Part shown: piece by piece, positions 40,011-50,414 of the stretch
How positions within the stretch are numbered: position 1 is the first letter of the stretch
Layout: each line of letters begins with the position of its first letter
Origin: Pseudomonadota bacterium
GTDB taxonomy: Bacteria > Desulfobacterota > Desulfobacteria > Desulfobacterales > JBDRRP01
Assembly (NCBI GenBank): GCA_043825735.1
Contig: JBDRRP010000055.1
Location: 62,001 to 115,384 of the forward strand
Direction: 5' to 3'
DNA length: 53,384 bases
The notes under the pieces: generated by a model
The model's database searches: none
What the model was told of the DNA's origin: nothing
The model's input: the letters and a program-made list of their open reading frames with translations, nothing else
Position numbers and translations under genes: made by a program

Positions 40011-41780
40011 TCAGGCGAATAAGCCTACGAGAGTGCTGCTATTGTCCAGCTCCCAGGCAACCGGCGGCACATCACTGCCGGCCGTATCTTCTGCTGCCTG
40101 CTGCCCGCTCTGGCGGCGACCGGAAAAGTGGCTGCTCCCGTCCTTGGCGGCCTGATCACCGCTTTGCCCGGAAGGGGTGTTGTTTGAAAACAGATCCAGA
40201 TCCAGACGGTCGATAGTGAGGCCCTGCTGTCCGAGATTTGCCCTGAGCTGGCCGATGTGGTGCTCCAAAAGATCTCTGGTCATCGGATTTTCAACGCGCA
40301 TCCGGATCATCACCTGCCCCTCTTCCATGCTCACTTTCAGATTGATGTGGCCGAGGGACTCGGGATTGAGCTGTATGCGCACACTCTCTTGACCGTTTTT
40401 GACCATGAACGCCGCTTTGTCTGCGATCTGCTGCATCACTTCGGTGGGTACGGTCCTCGGGGCCCCGATCTCGGCGTTTGTCGCCGTGTGATGGGCCACC
40501 GAATCCATTCGTGCCCCGCCAGGAGCGGCCACCGTGCGCTCATTGCCCGCCGGAGTGTCCCGGTTCAGCATGGTGGGGCCGGCGGCGTCGCCATCAGCGG
40601 CGGACGTGACAAATGCCTGTGGCGAGTGGCCGCTCGCTGCGCTCTGCCGGGCCTTGCCCTGTGCGGTCGTTGCCTTTTTCTCAGAGCCGGCTGTTTTCAT
40701 ATCTCCGGCGGTATGGAGCGCAGCCGTTTCACCGGCAGGCGGCGTCAGGACAAACGCGGACACGCCCTGCGCGCGGACCATGCCAAGCGGCCGCGCGCCA
40801 CTTTCGGCTGCCAACGCTCCGGCCTCGCGAGGGCGGATAAAGTTTCCGCCGCGTCTTTCATGTTCTTTCACCCGAGACGCTTTCGGCCGCGACTGCCGGA
40901 AGCCTCTGGAAGATATCGCCTGCGTGTTCCCATCACCCACCGCAGTCTCTGCCGGTGCCGCCGTAAAAAGGGAGGCCGTGACGGTGCGGGGCGAGCCCGC
41001 CGCAGTCTCCGCCGGTGAAGCCGAAAAAAGAGAGGTCGTGACAGTGCGGGGCGCGCCCGCCGGCGCCGATGACGGTCTCGATGACACGCTCGCCCGGGCG
41101 CCGGCGCCGCCTTCTTGACCGGAGTGCCCAGATTTGTAGGAGATGGCGCGTTCGTCGGCGTCGATAGGGGCGCTGCCCGCGGCGGTACCGGTGGTTCGGA
41201 GCACCGATCCGTTCTCACGCGCTATCGCACCACCGGCCATCGACGGTGATTTTTGAACAGCGTGGTGACCCTGTCGGCCATCGGCCCTGCTGCCGGCCCG
41301 CTGTTTATTCCTGACGCGATGCGCGCCGCCAGGCGTTCCGTCCTTGCCGACGACCGCTGCATCGCCCGCAACCGCCTCGACATCTGCAGTGGCTTTTTCG
41401 ACGTTCTGCGGCATCGCCAGAGCCAGGGGGGTAACCCGGGATGTGCGCACTACCGGCGCCGGTACCGACACGGGCAGCGCACCGGCGTCATCACCGGTCA
41501 CCAGTGTCCGCGGTTTCCGAGGCGCAGCCGACCGGTCCGTGTCTCCGGTTTTTCCGGATGCGTGTTTATTGATACGGTCAGGACGGCGCGGCGTATTCTT
41601 CGCAGCACCGTGCGTTGTGTCAGCTGCCTCCTGCAGCGCTTCGGCAAAAGATCGTTTCTCGACCGGGATTTTGCTTCTACGATCATCGCCACCGGATGCT
41701 CTTTCCGTCTTTCGGCTGCCGACGGTGCGGTTGTCGCCGCTGTCCCGGGTCACGTCCATGTTGAAGAAGTCTGGCTGCAT
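40011..41780 (-). CDS. fliK: Hook-length control protein FliK
   Basis: Low-complexity N-terminus; C-terminal IQLNPESLGHINLKV...L.QQGL; precedes flgD. Confidence 0.88.
   Translation of the reverse strand: MQPDFFNMDVTRDSGDNRTVGSRKTERASGGDDRRSKIPVEKRSFAEALQEAADTTHGAAKNTPRRPDRINKHASGKTGDTDRSAAPRKPRTLVTGDDAGALPVSVPAPVVRTSRVTPLALAMPQNVEKATADVEAVAGDAAVVGKDGTPGGAHRVRNKQRAGSRADGRQGHHAVQKSPSMAGGAIARENGSVLRTTGTAAGSAPIDADERAISYKSGHSGQEGGAGARASVSSRPSSAPAGAPRTVTTSLFSASPAETAAGSPRTVTASLFTAAPAETAVGDGNTQAISSRGFRQSRPKASRVKEHERRGGNFIRPREAGALAAESGARPLGMVRAQGVSAFVLTPPAGETAALHTAGDMKTAGSEKKATTAQGKARQSAASGHSPQAFVTSAADGDAAGPTMLNRDTPAGNERTVAAPGGARMDSVAHHTATNAEIGAPRTVPTEVMQQIADKAAFMVKNGQESVRIQLNPESLGHINLKVSMEEGQVMIRMRVENPMTRDLLEHHIGQLRANLGQQGLTIDRLDLDLFSNNTPSGQSGDQAAKDGSSHFSGRRQSGQQAAEDTAGSDVPPVAWELDNSSTLVGLFA
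40936..41062. repeat. 60-bp in-frame tandem duplication within fliK
   Basis: Encodes PRTVTTSLFSASPAETAAG / PRTVTASLFTAAPAETAVG. Confidence 0.85.
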
Positions 41781-41828
41781 GGTTTTCGGCTTTCAGCAAG
41801 GTTGTTGTCAATTGCTGGTCATCCTTAG

Positions 41829-41844
41829 TGCAGAGGCCGTGCCA
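41829..41844 (-). promoter_or_regulatory. Sigma54 promoter of fliK-flgDE
   Basis: Minus strand TGGCACGGCCTCTGCA (GG-N10-GC). Confidence 0.72.
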
Positions 41845-42023
41845 GCGCCGTTGCGCCCTGTCTTCGAGGTCTTTGCACAATGAAAAATAGCGTTTTTCAA
41901 CTGTTATTTCTGCATGTTGCATTTTTTCCCGCCCGATGTCGCCGTATTCAACATTTGGTTCACCGAAGACAAAGGGGCAAAATTTACCGCCCGATGGGAA
42001 AAGATTTTCCGGTTGAAGGGAAT

Positions 42024-42173
42024 GGCGGAGGGCAGAGGTCAGAGGGCGGAGGTCAGAGGGCAGCAATTGTAAAAAAAATGGGACGCGGATGAACGCCGAT
42101 AAACGAAGACAGAGATGGGCGGCCTTCGGCCGAAAAGCAACTGCAAAAGCTTATTGGCACGGATTACGCGGAT
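42024..42173. repeat. Heptamer array (GKCRGAG) plus CGCGGAT-type units and a CGGCCTTCGGCCG hairpin
   Basis: ggcggag ggcagag gtcagag ggcggag gtcagag is the reverse-complement family of the 22173-22235 array; later units resemble 5132-5172. Confidence 0.65.
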
Positions 42174-42202
42174 CGGAAGGATAGCCCGGCAGGCAAAACG
42201 AT

Positions 42203-42652
42203 TCAGCCTTCAGCCTTCTTACTGCGATTAAACCGGCCGATGGCGATCTCGTTGATGAGGTTCATTTCCTTGCGGCGGTTTTCTTCCTGGTAGGCTTGCT
42301 CGGATTTCTCTTTGAGCTTTTCGATCACCTTGCGCTGCTTGACCGCTTCGATGAGATCGGCCCGTTTTCGCTCGATGCGGTGCACGGCGCGCTGCAGCGT
42401 TTTCTCCTGCAAGGTGATCTGCTCTGCCAGACGCGCCAGGTACCGGACCGCCATCTGAAGATCACAGGCCCTTGCCCCGTTGCGCTGCATCCCGTCCAGA
42501 CGCTGCCGATTATCCACGAGCGCGCGGCACAGGACGTCGGCGCGCTGCCGTTCAGCCTCCAACCGCTGCTGGAGATCGGCCATCTCTATCTGAAGCGCCT
42601 CTTCGAGGTACTTTCTATGGTTCAGAAGGGATTGCAGTGGAAAGTGGAACAC
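42203..42652 (-). CDS. fliJ: Flagellar export protein FliJ
   Basis: FHFPLQSLL..R...E, coiled coil, EKLKEK, E...I; follows fliI. Confidence 0.9.
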   Translation of the reverse strand: MFHFPLQSLLNHRKYLEEALQIEMADLQQRLEAERQRADVLCRALVDNRQRLDGMQRNGARACDLQMAVRYLARLAEQITLQEKTLQRAVHRIERKRADLIEAVKQRKVIEKLKEKSEQAYQEENRRKEMNLINEIAIGRFNRSKKAEG

Positions 42653-42655
42653 GGG

Positions 42656-43993
42656 TTAGGCTTCCTCGGAAGAGACCAGCTCCCCCAGATGACGCAGCGC
42701 GGCGTCGAAATCCGTTCGCTCGTCGATCCCCTGCCGGAGAAATGCATTAATGGCGTCGTTGGCGGCAATTGCTGCGTCGATTTTCGGGTTGCTGCCTTTG
42801 ACATAGGCGCCGATATTGATGAGATCCTCGGCTTTACGGTAGGTGGCCATCAGGGCCTTGATCTTGCCGGCGATCTGCTGGTGCTTGGGGGTCGTAATAT
42901 CCACCATGACCCGGCTGATACTGCGCAGCACGTCAATGGCCGGATAGTGGTTCTGCATGGCCAGATCCCGGGAGAGTACGATATGACCGTCGAGAATGGA
43001 GCGCACGGCATCGGCAATGGGCTCATCCATATCGCCGCCTTCCACCAGCACGGTGTACAGACCGGTGATGGTGCCGTAGTTGTCGGCCGTGCCGGCACGT
43101 TCCAGGAGCTTGGGCAGCAGGGTGAACACCGACGGAGTGTACCCCTTTGTGGTGGGCGGCTCCCCCAGCGCCAGACCGATCTCCCGCTGGGCCATGGCAA
43201 ACCGGGTGACCGAATCCATCATGAGGTTGACGTGCATCCCCTGATCACGGAAGTACTCCGCGATGGCGGTGGCGATAAATGCGCCGCGCATCCGGATGAG
43301 CGGCAGGTGATCGGAGGTGGCCACCACCACGACACTGCGCCGGAGCCCATCGGTGCCGAGTTCCTTTTCGATGAAGTCGTTCAGCTCCCTGCCACGTTCG
43401 CCGATGAGGGCGATGACATTGACATCGGCGCTGGTGTTCCGGGCGATCATGCCGAGCAGGACGCTTTTCCCGACGCCCGAGCCGGCAAAAATTCCCATCC
43501 GTTGACCGCATCCCACGGAGAGCAGACCATTTATAGCACGAATGCCCAAATCCAGAGGCTGGTTGATGCGCTTGCGCTTCAGAGGGTTGATGGGATTGGC
43601 ATAGATGGGATATTCCCTGCTGCAGACAATGGGGCCCTTGCCATCGATGGGGTTTCCAAGGCCGTCGATGATGCGCCCGAGCAGTTTATCACCGACCGGA
43701 ACGGCAGCCTCCTGCTGTTTGGCGACGACGTGGCTGCCCGGTCCGATGCCGCGCATTTCTTCCAGGGGCATGAGCAGCACCCGGTTGGCTCTGAATCCCT
43801 GGACTTCAGCCTTCATGGGCGCCTGCCCGTTCATGGGAAAAATGTCGCAAAGTGCACCGAGGCGCGATGGCGGGCCGTCGGCTTCGATGACCAGCCCCAC
43901 CACCTGCGTCACCTTCCCCATCAAGACCATGGGATCCGTGCTGTCCAGCACCCGGTGAAACCGGCTCAAATCGACCCTGGACGAAAGGCCCAC
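42656..43993 (-). CDS. fliI: Flagellar export ATPase FliI
   Basis: GIFAGSGVGKS, LIGERGRE, DSVTRFA, GEPP...GY. Confidence 0.97.
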   Translation of the reverse strand: MGLSSRVDLSRFHRVLDSTDPMVLMGKVTQVVGLVIEADGPPSRLGALCDIFPMNGQAPMKAEVQGFRANRVLLMPLEEMRGIGPGSHVVAKQQEAAVPVGDKLLGRIIDGLGNPIDGKGPIVCSREYPIYANPINPLKRKRINQPLDLGIRAINGLLSVGCGQRMGIFAGSGVGKSVLLGMIARNTSADVNVIALIGERGRELNDFIEKELGTDGLRRSVVVVATSDHLPLIRMRGAFIATAIAEYFRDQGMHVNLMMDSVTRFAMAQREIGLALGEPPTTKGYTPSVFTLLPKLLERAGTADNYGTITGLYTVLVEGGDMDEPIADAVRSILDGHIVLSRDLAMQNHYPAIDVLRSISRVMVDITTPKHQQIAGKIKALMATYRKAEDLINIGAYVKGSNPKIDAAIAANDAINAFLRQGIDERTDFDAALRHLGELVSSEEA

Positions 43994-43997
43994 CGCG

Positions 43998-44729
43998 TTA
44001 CCTCCCGATCCGGGGCTTGGCGAACGCGGCGTTCAAGGCCTCTTCGATCATGGCCAACTGGGTGCCGATGCCGGCGTCGACCTCGCCGAAATTGGTGACG
44101 ATCCGGCATCCGCCCGGGGACACGGCACCGTCCGGTTCGAAGATAACGGTGTCCAAACTCTTGACCCGACCGGCGAATTCGTCTACCGCGCCCGTAACGA
44201 GCGCTATATCCGACGGGTTGACATGAATGCGAATCCGCTCCTGATCGACGACACGCGTAAGGGCGTCCCGGATCACGGACACCACGATATCGGGGTTGGT
44301 GCTGATTTCGACGTGGACCACTTTGCGGGCGATCGCCATCGCCAGTTCCACCGCAACCGCCTCGGCGTTGAGGTATATCTCTTTTCGGTACTTTTCCACT
44401 TCGATGTAGGCGCGGCGAAACTGTTGAAGCGCGGCGTCCATCTCTTTGCGGGCCTCTTGCACGCCGGTGCTCTTACCGTCGGAGAAACCGTCGTCATAAC
44501 CTTGTTTCGCCGCCGTTCGCAGTTGCGCTTCATGCGACTGGGGAGCGTCAGCGGCCTGGTTTCCATCGCCTTTTCGGCCACCGTCGGCACCGAATCGGAT
44601 GCGCTGAAACGCCCCCCCCTCGCCGGATTCTCCCACAATGCACTCGTCAGGGACCGACAACGTGGGGAAAGCGTGGTGATGCGAGGTGCTCCCCGCTGGC
44701 GCCGGGCTATTTCGCACCAGTTTATCCAA
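43998..44729 (-). CDS. fliH: Flagellar assembly protein FliH
   Basis: GxxxG repeats, IHVNPSD, GGCRI...GEVDA. Confidence 0.92.
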   Translation of the reverse strand: MDKLVRNSPAPAGSTSHHHAFPTLSVPDECIVGESGEGGAFQRIRFGADGGRKGDGNQAADAPQSHEAQLRTAAKQGYDDGFSDGKSTGVQEARKEMDAALQQFRRAYIEVEKYRKEIYLNAEAVAVELAMAIARKVVHVEISTNPDIVVSVIRDALTRVVDQERIRIHVNPSDIALVTGAVDEFAGRVKSLDTVIFEPDGAVSPGGCRIVTNFGEVDAGIGTQLAMIEEALNAAFAKPRIGR

Positions 44730-45708
44730 TGAATTCCTCTCCCCTGCGGCCGCTGATCACCAGTTCGCCCTTTTCTTCCATGTCCTGAATCAATCGGGTG
44801 ATGTTGTTCTGAGCCAATTCCACATCGCGCATCCGCACCGACCCGACACCCTCCATTTCCTCGGCCACCATATCGGCGGCCCGCGTAGACATATTTCGGA
44901 AGACTTTCTCCTTGACCTCTTCCGACGCGGCCTTGAGGGCGACCGCCAACTCCTTGGTCTCCACCTTTCTGAGCAGTGATTGCATGCCGCGATCGTCAAC
45001 CATGACCAGGTCTTCGAACACGAACATCATCTGCTTGATCTCTGCGGCCATTTCCGGGTTGTCTTCCTCGATTTCGTCCAGGATCAGCTGGGCGGTAGAA
45101 GCTTCCACCTGGTTAAGGATTTCGGCCAGTTGAGCGACCCCGCCGACTCTGGTGGTGACGGTACCTTCTTTGTTGCTCAGAATGTCTTCGAAGGCCTTTT
45201 CGATCTCGTCAATCATGCCGGCGACGATTTTGTCGGAATTGGCGATCCGAAGCGCCACGTCGGTCTTTTTCTCATCAGGCAGTTTACTCAACACTTCGCT
45301 GGCCATGTCCGGCTTGAGATGCACCAGTATGACGGCAATGGTCTGTGGGTGCTCGTCCCGGATCAATGTGGCCAGATGATCCACATCCAGCGTCAGCAGC
45401 GACTTGAGCCCCTGAGAGCGTTTCGGCCCTTCGTCATCGTTCTTGTCTTCCCTGGCCGGCGCCTTGGACGCCAGCAGTGCCCTCGGCTTCATGTGCTGGA
45501 TCTGATGGATCTGATGGGTAAATTCGGCGGCCACTCTTTCCACGAGATCAGGGGAGACCGCGCCCATCTGCTCAAGATGGGCAGCGATGGTCTTACGCTG
45601 CGGTTCATTGAATCGTCCCAGCACTGTCTGCCGGCTGTTCTCATCCAGGCACTGCACCAAGATGGCTACCTTAACGGAACCGGCCAGTTGTCGCGTGTCC
45701 ATCATCAT
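44722..45708 (-). CDS. fliG: C-ring protein FliG
   Basis: EHPQT, MFVFED, NMSTRA. Confidence 0.95.
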   Translation of the reverse strand: MMMDTRQLAGSVKVAILVQCLDENSRQTVLGRFNEPQRKTIAAHLEQMGAVSPDLVERVAAEFTHQIHQIQHMKPRALLASKAPAREDKNDDEGPKRSQGLKSLLTLDVDHLATLIRDEHPQTIAVILVHLKPDMASEVLSKLPDEKKTDVALRIANSDKIVAGMIDEIEKAFEDILSNKEGTVTTRVGGVAQLAEILNQVEASTAQLILDEIEEDNPEMAAEIKQMMFVFEDLVMVDDRGMQSLLRKVETKELAVALKAASEEVKEKVFRNMSTRAADMVAEEMEGVGSVRMRDVELAQNNITRLIQDMEEKGELVISGRRGEEFIG

Positions 45709-45809
45709 GTTTCCTTCGTTCGACCCGAGTCATTTAATCTCGTCTGCGGCCATCATCGGGCGCCGGAGCGGTTGTGCGCGGCACCGATGCGAAACGTCGT
45801 TGAAATCAC

Positions 45810-47405
45810 TTATTTGTCCTCGACCCAGTTGTTCATCACCGCCATGCCGCTGTCATGGCCTTGAGTGAGCAGGCTCAGCGCCTGATCTTTGAATCCCATA
45901 CCGCCTCCCGGGGCCCGGTATCCCTGCTCCAGCTCCCCAACGGTCATGGGCAGCTGTTTCAGCAATTCGACGTCTCCGGCGGTTGAAGTGGTGACCCACC
46001 GCACCAGGGGCCTGACCACGAAAAGAAACCCAAACAGGAGGCTCAAAAAGATAAAACCGTATCTGAAGACCTCTTCGTATTGCTTCAGGGTATCCACCCA
46101 ACCGAGTTGCTCCGTCGGCGTTTCGGCAGGATCTTCTTCACTGCGGAATGGGATATTGGCCACTTCTATAATGTCTCCCCGGCTGGCGCTGAAATTGACG
46201 GCGCTTTTGATGATGCTTTCCAGCTTTGCCATTTCAGTTTCGCTTCGGGGCAGATATTTCATCTGAAATTGCCCATCGTTTGCCGGGTCGGCAATGCGGC
46301 GGTAGGTACCGTCGATGAGAGCCGCCACCGAAATGCGCACGATCTGTCCGGTGGGTTCAACCACGTGGTTGGTCACCCGCCCCACTTCGTAGTTGACCGT
46401 GCGGTCTTCCTTCTGGAAACCGGTGGCGGTGGTCGTGCTGCCGCCGTTCTTGCGTTCGGTGAGGTTGCTGCCGGTGCCCGGCACGCCCTGCGCGCTTTTT
46501 TCCTGCCCGTTGGATATGTGACTGAGTAATTTCTCACTGCGCACGACCTGGTTTTCAGGCAGATAGCGCTCCTCGGTTTTTTCCCGCTGTTTGAAATCGA
46601 CTTCAGCCGACACCCGAACGATGGCACTGTCTCGGCCCAGGGCCTTTTCCAGCATACTGCGGACCCGTTCTTCCATGTTGCGCTCGATCTGCTGCTGGAA
46701 AGCCAACTGATCGGAAGACAGGCGGCCGATACCCGAAGCATCCTTGTTTCCGGCGAGGATGTTTCCCTTGCTGTCCACGACGATGACCTGCTCTTTGCTC
46801 AGCCCCGAAACACTGGAGGCCACCAGGTGAACGATACCCTGCACCTGGGGCTGGCCCAGGCGCTGCCCTGGACGCATTTTGAGAATCACCGAAGCGGTGG
46901 CCGGTTCCTCGTCCTTTTCAAAGAGCGCCTTCTGGGGCAATACGATGTGCACCCGAGAGCTTTCCACCTCACTGAACTGGTTGATGGTGCGGGTGATCTC
47001 GCCCTGAATGGCGCGCTGGTAGTTCACGTTCTGCATAAACTCCGTCATCCCCAGCCGGGTGTTATCGAACAACTCAAATCCAACCGTGCTTGATTGCGGC
47101 ATCCCCTTGGCGGCAAACTCCAGACGCAACGTATTGACCTGTTCCCGGGGCACAAGAATGGCGCTGCCGTTGGAGGCGAGTTTAACCGGTATCTTCTGCT
47201 CCTTGAGTTTCTCGTAAATGGCACCGGAATCTTCCATCGTTAGATCCGAAAACAGCAGGCCATACTCCGGCTCGGCCGCCCACAGCATAAGAAAAACGAA
47301 AACCGCTGAGGCCGCGCCCACCACGGTCAGAAAAGTAATCTGCCGTCCGGCGCTGAGCTGCGACCAAAGTGCTTTCAACTGGCTGAAGATGTTTCCTGCG
47401 GCCAT
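45810..47405 (-). CDS. fliF: MS-ring protein FliF
   Basis: GFELFD, YQRA..GE, ARVH-like SRVHI, ASV, two TM segments. Confidence 0.96.
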   Translation of the reverse strand: MAAGNIFSQLKALWSQLSAGRQITFLTVVGAASAVFVFLMLWAAEPEYGLLFSDLTMEDSGAIYEKLKEQKIPVKLASNGSAILVPREQVNTLRLEFAAKGMPQSSTVGFELFDNTRLGMTEFMQNVNYQRAIQGEITRTINQFSEVESSRVHIVLPQKALFEKDEEPATASVILKMRPGQRLGQPQVQGIVHLVASSVSGLSKEQVIVVDSKGNILAGNKDASGIGRLSSDQLAFQQQIERNMEERVRSMLEKALGRDSAIVRVSAEVDFKQREKTEERYLPENQVVRSEKLLSHISNGQEKSAQGVPGTGSNLTERKNGGSTTTATGFQKEDRTVNYEVGRVTNHVVEPTGQIVRISVAALIDGTYRRIADPANDGQFQMKYLPRSETEMAKLESIIKSAVNFSASRGDIIEVANIPFRSEEDPAETPTEQLGWVDTLKQYEEVFRYGFIFLSLLFGFLFVVRPLVRWVTTSTAGDVELLKQLPMTVGELEQGYRAPGGGMGFKDQALSLLTQGHDSGMAVMNNWVEDK

Positions 47406-47420
47406 GGCAGCGGGCTCCTT

Positions 47421-47726
47421 TTATACCTGTGTCCGCATGACGGTCTCGTATGCGGAAATGATTTTGTTCCGGATCTGCATGAGAAACTGAAAAGAGATGT
47501 CGGCCTTTTCAATGGCGATCATCGTGCTGTGGATGTCGGCCTCCTGTCCCAGCGCCAGGCGCCCTGCAGCGGCATCGGCAGCTTCTTTGTTTTCCCGGGC
47601 ATCTTCAAGGGCCGACGAGAGCATGTTGCCAAACCCGGAAAGTCCTTTGGCGGTGGTGTTTTTCGCACTGGCTGCCGGCTGCAGCTCAGGCAAACCGGAC
47701 ACGATGGCGGGGGTGGTCATGGTCAT
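47421..47726 (-). CDS. fliE: Hook-basal body protein FliE
   Basis: IH..MIAIEKA...QIRNKIISAY. Confidence 0.93.
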   Translation of the reverse strand: MTMTTPAIVSGLPELQPAASAKNTTAKGLSGFGNMLSSALEDARENKEAADAAAGRLALGQEADIHSTMIAIEKADISFQFLMQIRNKIISAYETVMRTQV

Positions 47727-47728
47727 AA

Positions 47729-48166
47729 TTACCGTCCGATCTCAAGGGCCTTGGTGGCCATGCTTTTGGTGGCTTTGATGGCGGTGACATTGGCCTCGTA
47801 GCTGCGACTGGCCGACATGAGGTTCACCATCTCTTCCATTAAATTGATATTGGGCAGCTTCACGTAACCTCGGCCATCGGCATCCGGATGGTTGGGGTCG
47901 TATTTAAGCAGCGGCGGCTTTTCGTCGTTGATCACCCCCACCACGCGCACACCGTTGAGTCCGTCCTTGAGTTGGTCCTGAAGCTCGTCGTTGAACCCTG
48001 TACTGGCGGAGCGAGCGGCGAACACCACGTCTTTTCTCACGTAGGGCCCGCCCTCGGCAGTACGCGTCGTGTGCATGTTGGCCAGGTTGCTGTTGATGAC
48101 ATTCATGCGCATCCGCTGGGCCGTAAGTCCGCTCGCACTGATATTTAAAGAACTTAGAAAATTCAT
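47729..48166 (-). CDS. flgC: Basal-body rod protein FlgC
   Basis: SGLTAQR.RM, YDPNHPDA..GYV..PN, RSYEAN. Confidence 0.97.
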   Translation of the reverse strand: MNFLSSLNISASGLTAQRMRMNVINSNLANMHTTRTAEGGPYVRKDVVFAARSASTGFNDELQDQLKDGLNGVRVVGVINDEKPPLLKYDPNHPDADGRGYVKLPNINLMEEMVNLMSASRSYEANVTAIKATKSMATKALEIGR

Positions 48167-48168
48167 GA

Positions 48169-48588
48169 TCAGGAGCCTCCTTTGATGGCATTTTTGAGGG
48201 CGCCGAGCTGTTTGCTCATGATGCGGGTCAAGGCAGTGTACATGAGGGTATTTTCGGCCAGATCGGCCATGGTGCGGTCGATGTCGACAGTGTTTCCGTC
48301 ACGCTTGGCCAGCGGCGGTTGAAGCGCCTTCATCTGGTAGCTACGCTCTGAAGGACGCTCACCGGCAGTTGACAGGTGCCGGGCATCCGTTCGCGCCAGT
48401 TCACCGCCACCGGGGTTCGCAGATTCAAGCCGCTCGAATTCTTCGTCCATGGCGATGTCGAAAGCGCTGTAGTGGGGGGTGTCCTGGTTGACGATGTTCC
48501 CCGATAAGATGGTGTGTCGCCTGGAGCGCATGTCCATCACTTTTTCTAGCACCGTCAGGTTGTTGTCGAATATCCCGTTTGCGTCCAT
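48169..48588 (-). CDS. flgB: Basal-body rod protein FlgB
   Basis: NIVNQDTPHY, DGNTVDID. Confidence 0.93.
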   Translation of the reverse strand: MDANGIFDNNLTVLEKVMDMRSRRHTILSGNIVNQDTPHYSAFDIAMDEEFERLESANPGGGELARTDARHLSTAGERPSERSYQMKALQPPLAKRDGNTVDIDRTMADLAENTLMYTALTRIMSKQLGALKNAIKGGS

Positions 48589-48615
48589 GACATGTCCTTT
48601 TATGGGCCGGCCGCC

Positions 48616-49983
48616 TCAAGCGGCATCCCGCTCCTGGTATTCGCGCAGTTTGTTGCGCAGGGTCCGGATGCTGATGCCCAGTAACTCGGCCGCCTGTATG
48701 CGATTGTTGTCCACATTACGCAGGGTGTGGGAAATCAGCCGTTTTTCCATCTCCCTCACCGACATGCCCACCTGCAGCTGCATTTCCGAAGTGCCGTCTT
48801 CAGTCTCGCAGGCATCGTCGTCCAGATAAAGATCCGCGGGTTCGATCGGGTCTCCGGCACGTACCAGAACGGCCCGCTCCATGACGTTTTCAAGTTCACG
48901 AATGTTGCCGTGCCAGGGATGCCGCCGTATCCGCACGACGGCGGCCTCGCTGAGCTCCGGTGCGTCCAGTCCGTTTTCCACGCAGCACTTGTCGATAAAA
49001 TGTGTGGCCAGCAGCAGTAGATCGCCGCTGCGCTCACGCAAGGGCGGCAAGGTGATGGGAATGACATTTAATCGGTAAAACAGGTCTTCACGAAAATCAC
49101 CTTTTTTGACGGCGCCTTTCAGGTCCACATTGCTGATGGCCACCACGCGCACATCAATGGGAATCGGCTCGCTGCCGCCGACCCGGTCCACCAGTCGCTC
49201 CTGCAGCACCCGCAGCAGTTTGGCCTGCAGCGGAAGATCCATCTCCGAGATCTCGTCCAGAACGAGGGTGCCGCCGTCAGCCAGTTCGAATTTACCCAGT
49301 TTCCGGGAAATGGCACCGGTAAACGCTCCTTTTTCGTGACCAAAAAGCTCGCTCTCTGCCAGGGTCTCGGGCAGGGCGGCACAGTTCATGGCGACAAAAG
49401 GCCCTTTCGACACTCGGCTGTTCTCGTGGATGAAACGGGCCATGAGTTCTTTGCCGGTGCCGCTTTCACCCAGGATCAGGACGTTGGCCTTGCTGGGAGC
49501 GACTCTCCGGGCCATGGTCAGAATCGTGGCCATTCGGGTGTCATCGGTAATGATGGGACGGCTGACAAGGCCCTCGGTGCGATTGACAGGTTCCGTCTTC
49601 GCCACCGGCAGCGCCACCCGCGCATTGAGCGCCTTCATTACGGCAGCGCCCATTTTTTCAGCCGACGCGGGCTTCATGATGTAATCATCGGCCCCGGCCT
49701 GCATGACGGCAACGGCGTTGCCCACGGTGCCGCATCCGGTGGTGACGATGAATCGGCAATCAGGAAGCCGCCGGCGAACCGTCGTAATCAGCGCCTCGGT
49801 GGGCAGGGGTGAAAACGATTCATCGACAATCACCGCGGCGTAGTCCTTGGTTTCCAAGAGGTCCACGACGTCGTTTCGGGCGGCGGCCGTCTCGGTGGCG
49901 ATGCCACCACGTTGTAGCAGCGCGGTCAGGGCCGAGCCCCGTGCTAAATCCTGATCGGCAATGAGAACGGTCGATGTCTTCAT
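48616..49983 (-). CDS. Sigma54-dependent response regulator (REC-AAA-Fis HTH), FleR/FlrC-like
   Basis: Start [50 protein letters not shown]. Confidence 0.9.
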   Translation of the reverse strand: MKTSTVLIADQDLARGSALTALLQRGGIATETAAARNDVVDLLETKDYAAVIVDESFSPLPTEALITTVRRRLPDCRFIVTTGCGTVGNAVAVMQAGADDYIMKPASAEKMGAAVMKALNARVALPVAKTEPVNRTEGLVSRPIITDDTRMATILTMARRVAPSKANVLILGESGTGKELMARFIHENSRVSKGPFVAMNCAALPETLAESELFGHEKGAFTGAISRKLGKFELADGGTLVLDEISEMDLPLQAKLLRVLQERLVDRVGGSEPIPIDVRVVAISNVDLKGAVKKGDFREDLFYRLNVIPITLPPLRERSGDLLLLATHFIDKCCVENGLDAPELSEAAVVRIRRHPWHGNIRELENVMERAVLVRAGDPIEPADLYLDDDACETEDGTSEMQLQVGMSVREMEKRLISHTLRNVDNNRIQAAELLGISIRTLRNKLREYQERDAA

Positions 49984-50041
49984 GATTGCAGAAAATCCCG
50001 ATTTTTCGTTGGATGATCGCCACTGTTCGACCGATAGAGAT

Positions 50042-50057
50042 CGCAAAATACGTGCCA
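50042..50057 (-). promoter_or_regulatory. Sigma54 promoter of the regulator-flgBC-fliE..J operon
   Basis: Minus strand TGGCACGTATTTTGCG, with an AT-rich tract upstream (50080-50110). Confidence 0.8.
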
Positions 50058-50253
50058 TGGCGCAGTGCCGGCACCACATGTTTTTTAATAAGTTTTTTTA
50101 GTTAGTTACGCGATTTGTGAAAGACACTGTCGAAGGGGTCGTCACTGAATCCGGGAGACGTCGTCAAGGCGTTATCCGCCCCGTCAAGGCCTTGACGCAT
50201 GATCCGCTCATGCACAATTCTCAAGTGGGCTTTACCCGTAGCAGTGAGTGTGA

Positions 50254-50339
50254 ACCACGAAGGCCACGAAGTGCACGAAGAAAAAAAACCAAAAACAGGT
50301 GAGAAAGAAAACCTTCGTGTCCTTCGTGAACTTCGTGGT
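50254..50339. repeat. REP-like inverted repeat with triple CACGAAG units
   Basis: accacgaaggccacgaagtgcacgaag ... cttcgtgtccttcgtgaacttcgtggt. Confidence 0.85.
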
Positions 50340-50342
50340 GAT

Positions 50343-50382
50343 CAAAAACATCGTGCGCCGCCCGAAGGCGGCGCACGATGTT
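50343..50382 (-). terminator. Probable intrinsic terminator after the 50415-51449 gene
   Basis: Perfect 16-bp stem AACATCGTGCGCCGCC-TTCG-GGCGGCGCACGATGTT running into a T tract on the minus strand. Confidence 0.65.
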
Positions 50383-50414
50383 GGGAGGGAGGGGGCGGAA
50401 CAACATTCTGAGCG

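Noticed and set aside
42296..44098. Long plus-strand ORFs opposite known genes (also 2512-3555, 3556-4527, 18613-19857, 25750-27342, 28119-29405)
   Set aside because: Antisense shadows of well-supported minus-strand genes in GC-rich DNA; no recognisable motifs.
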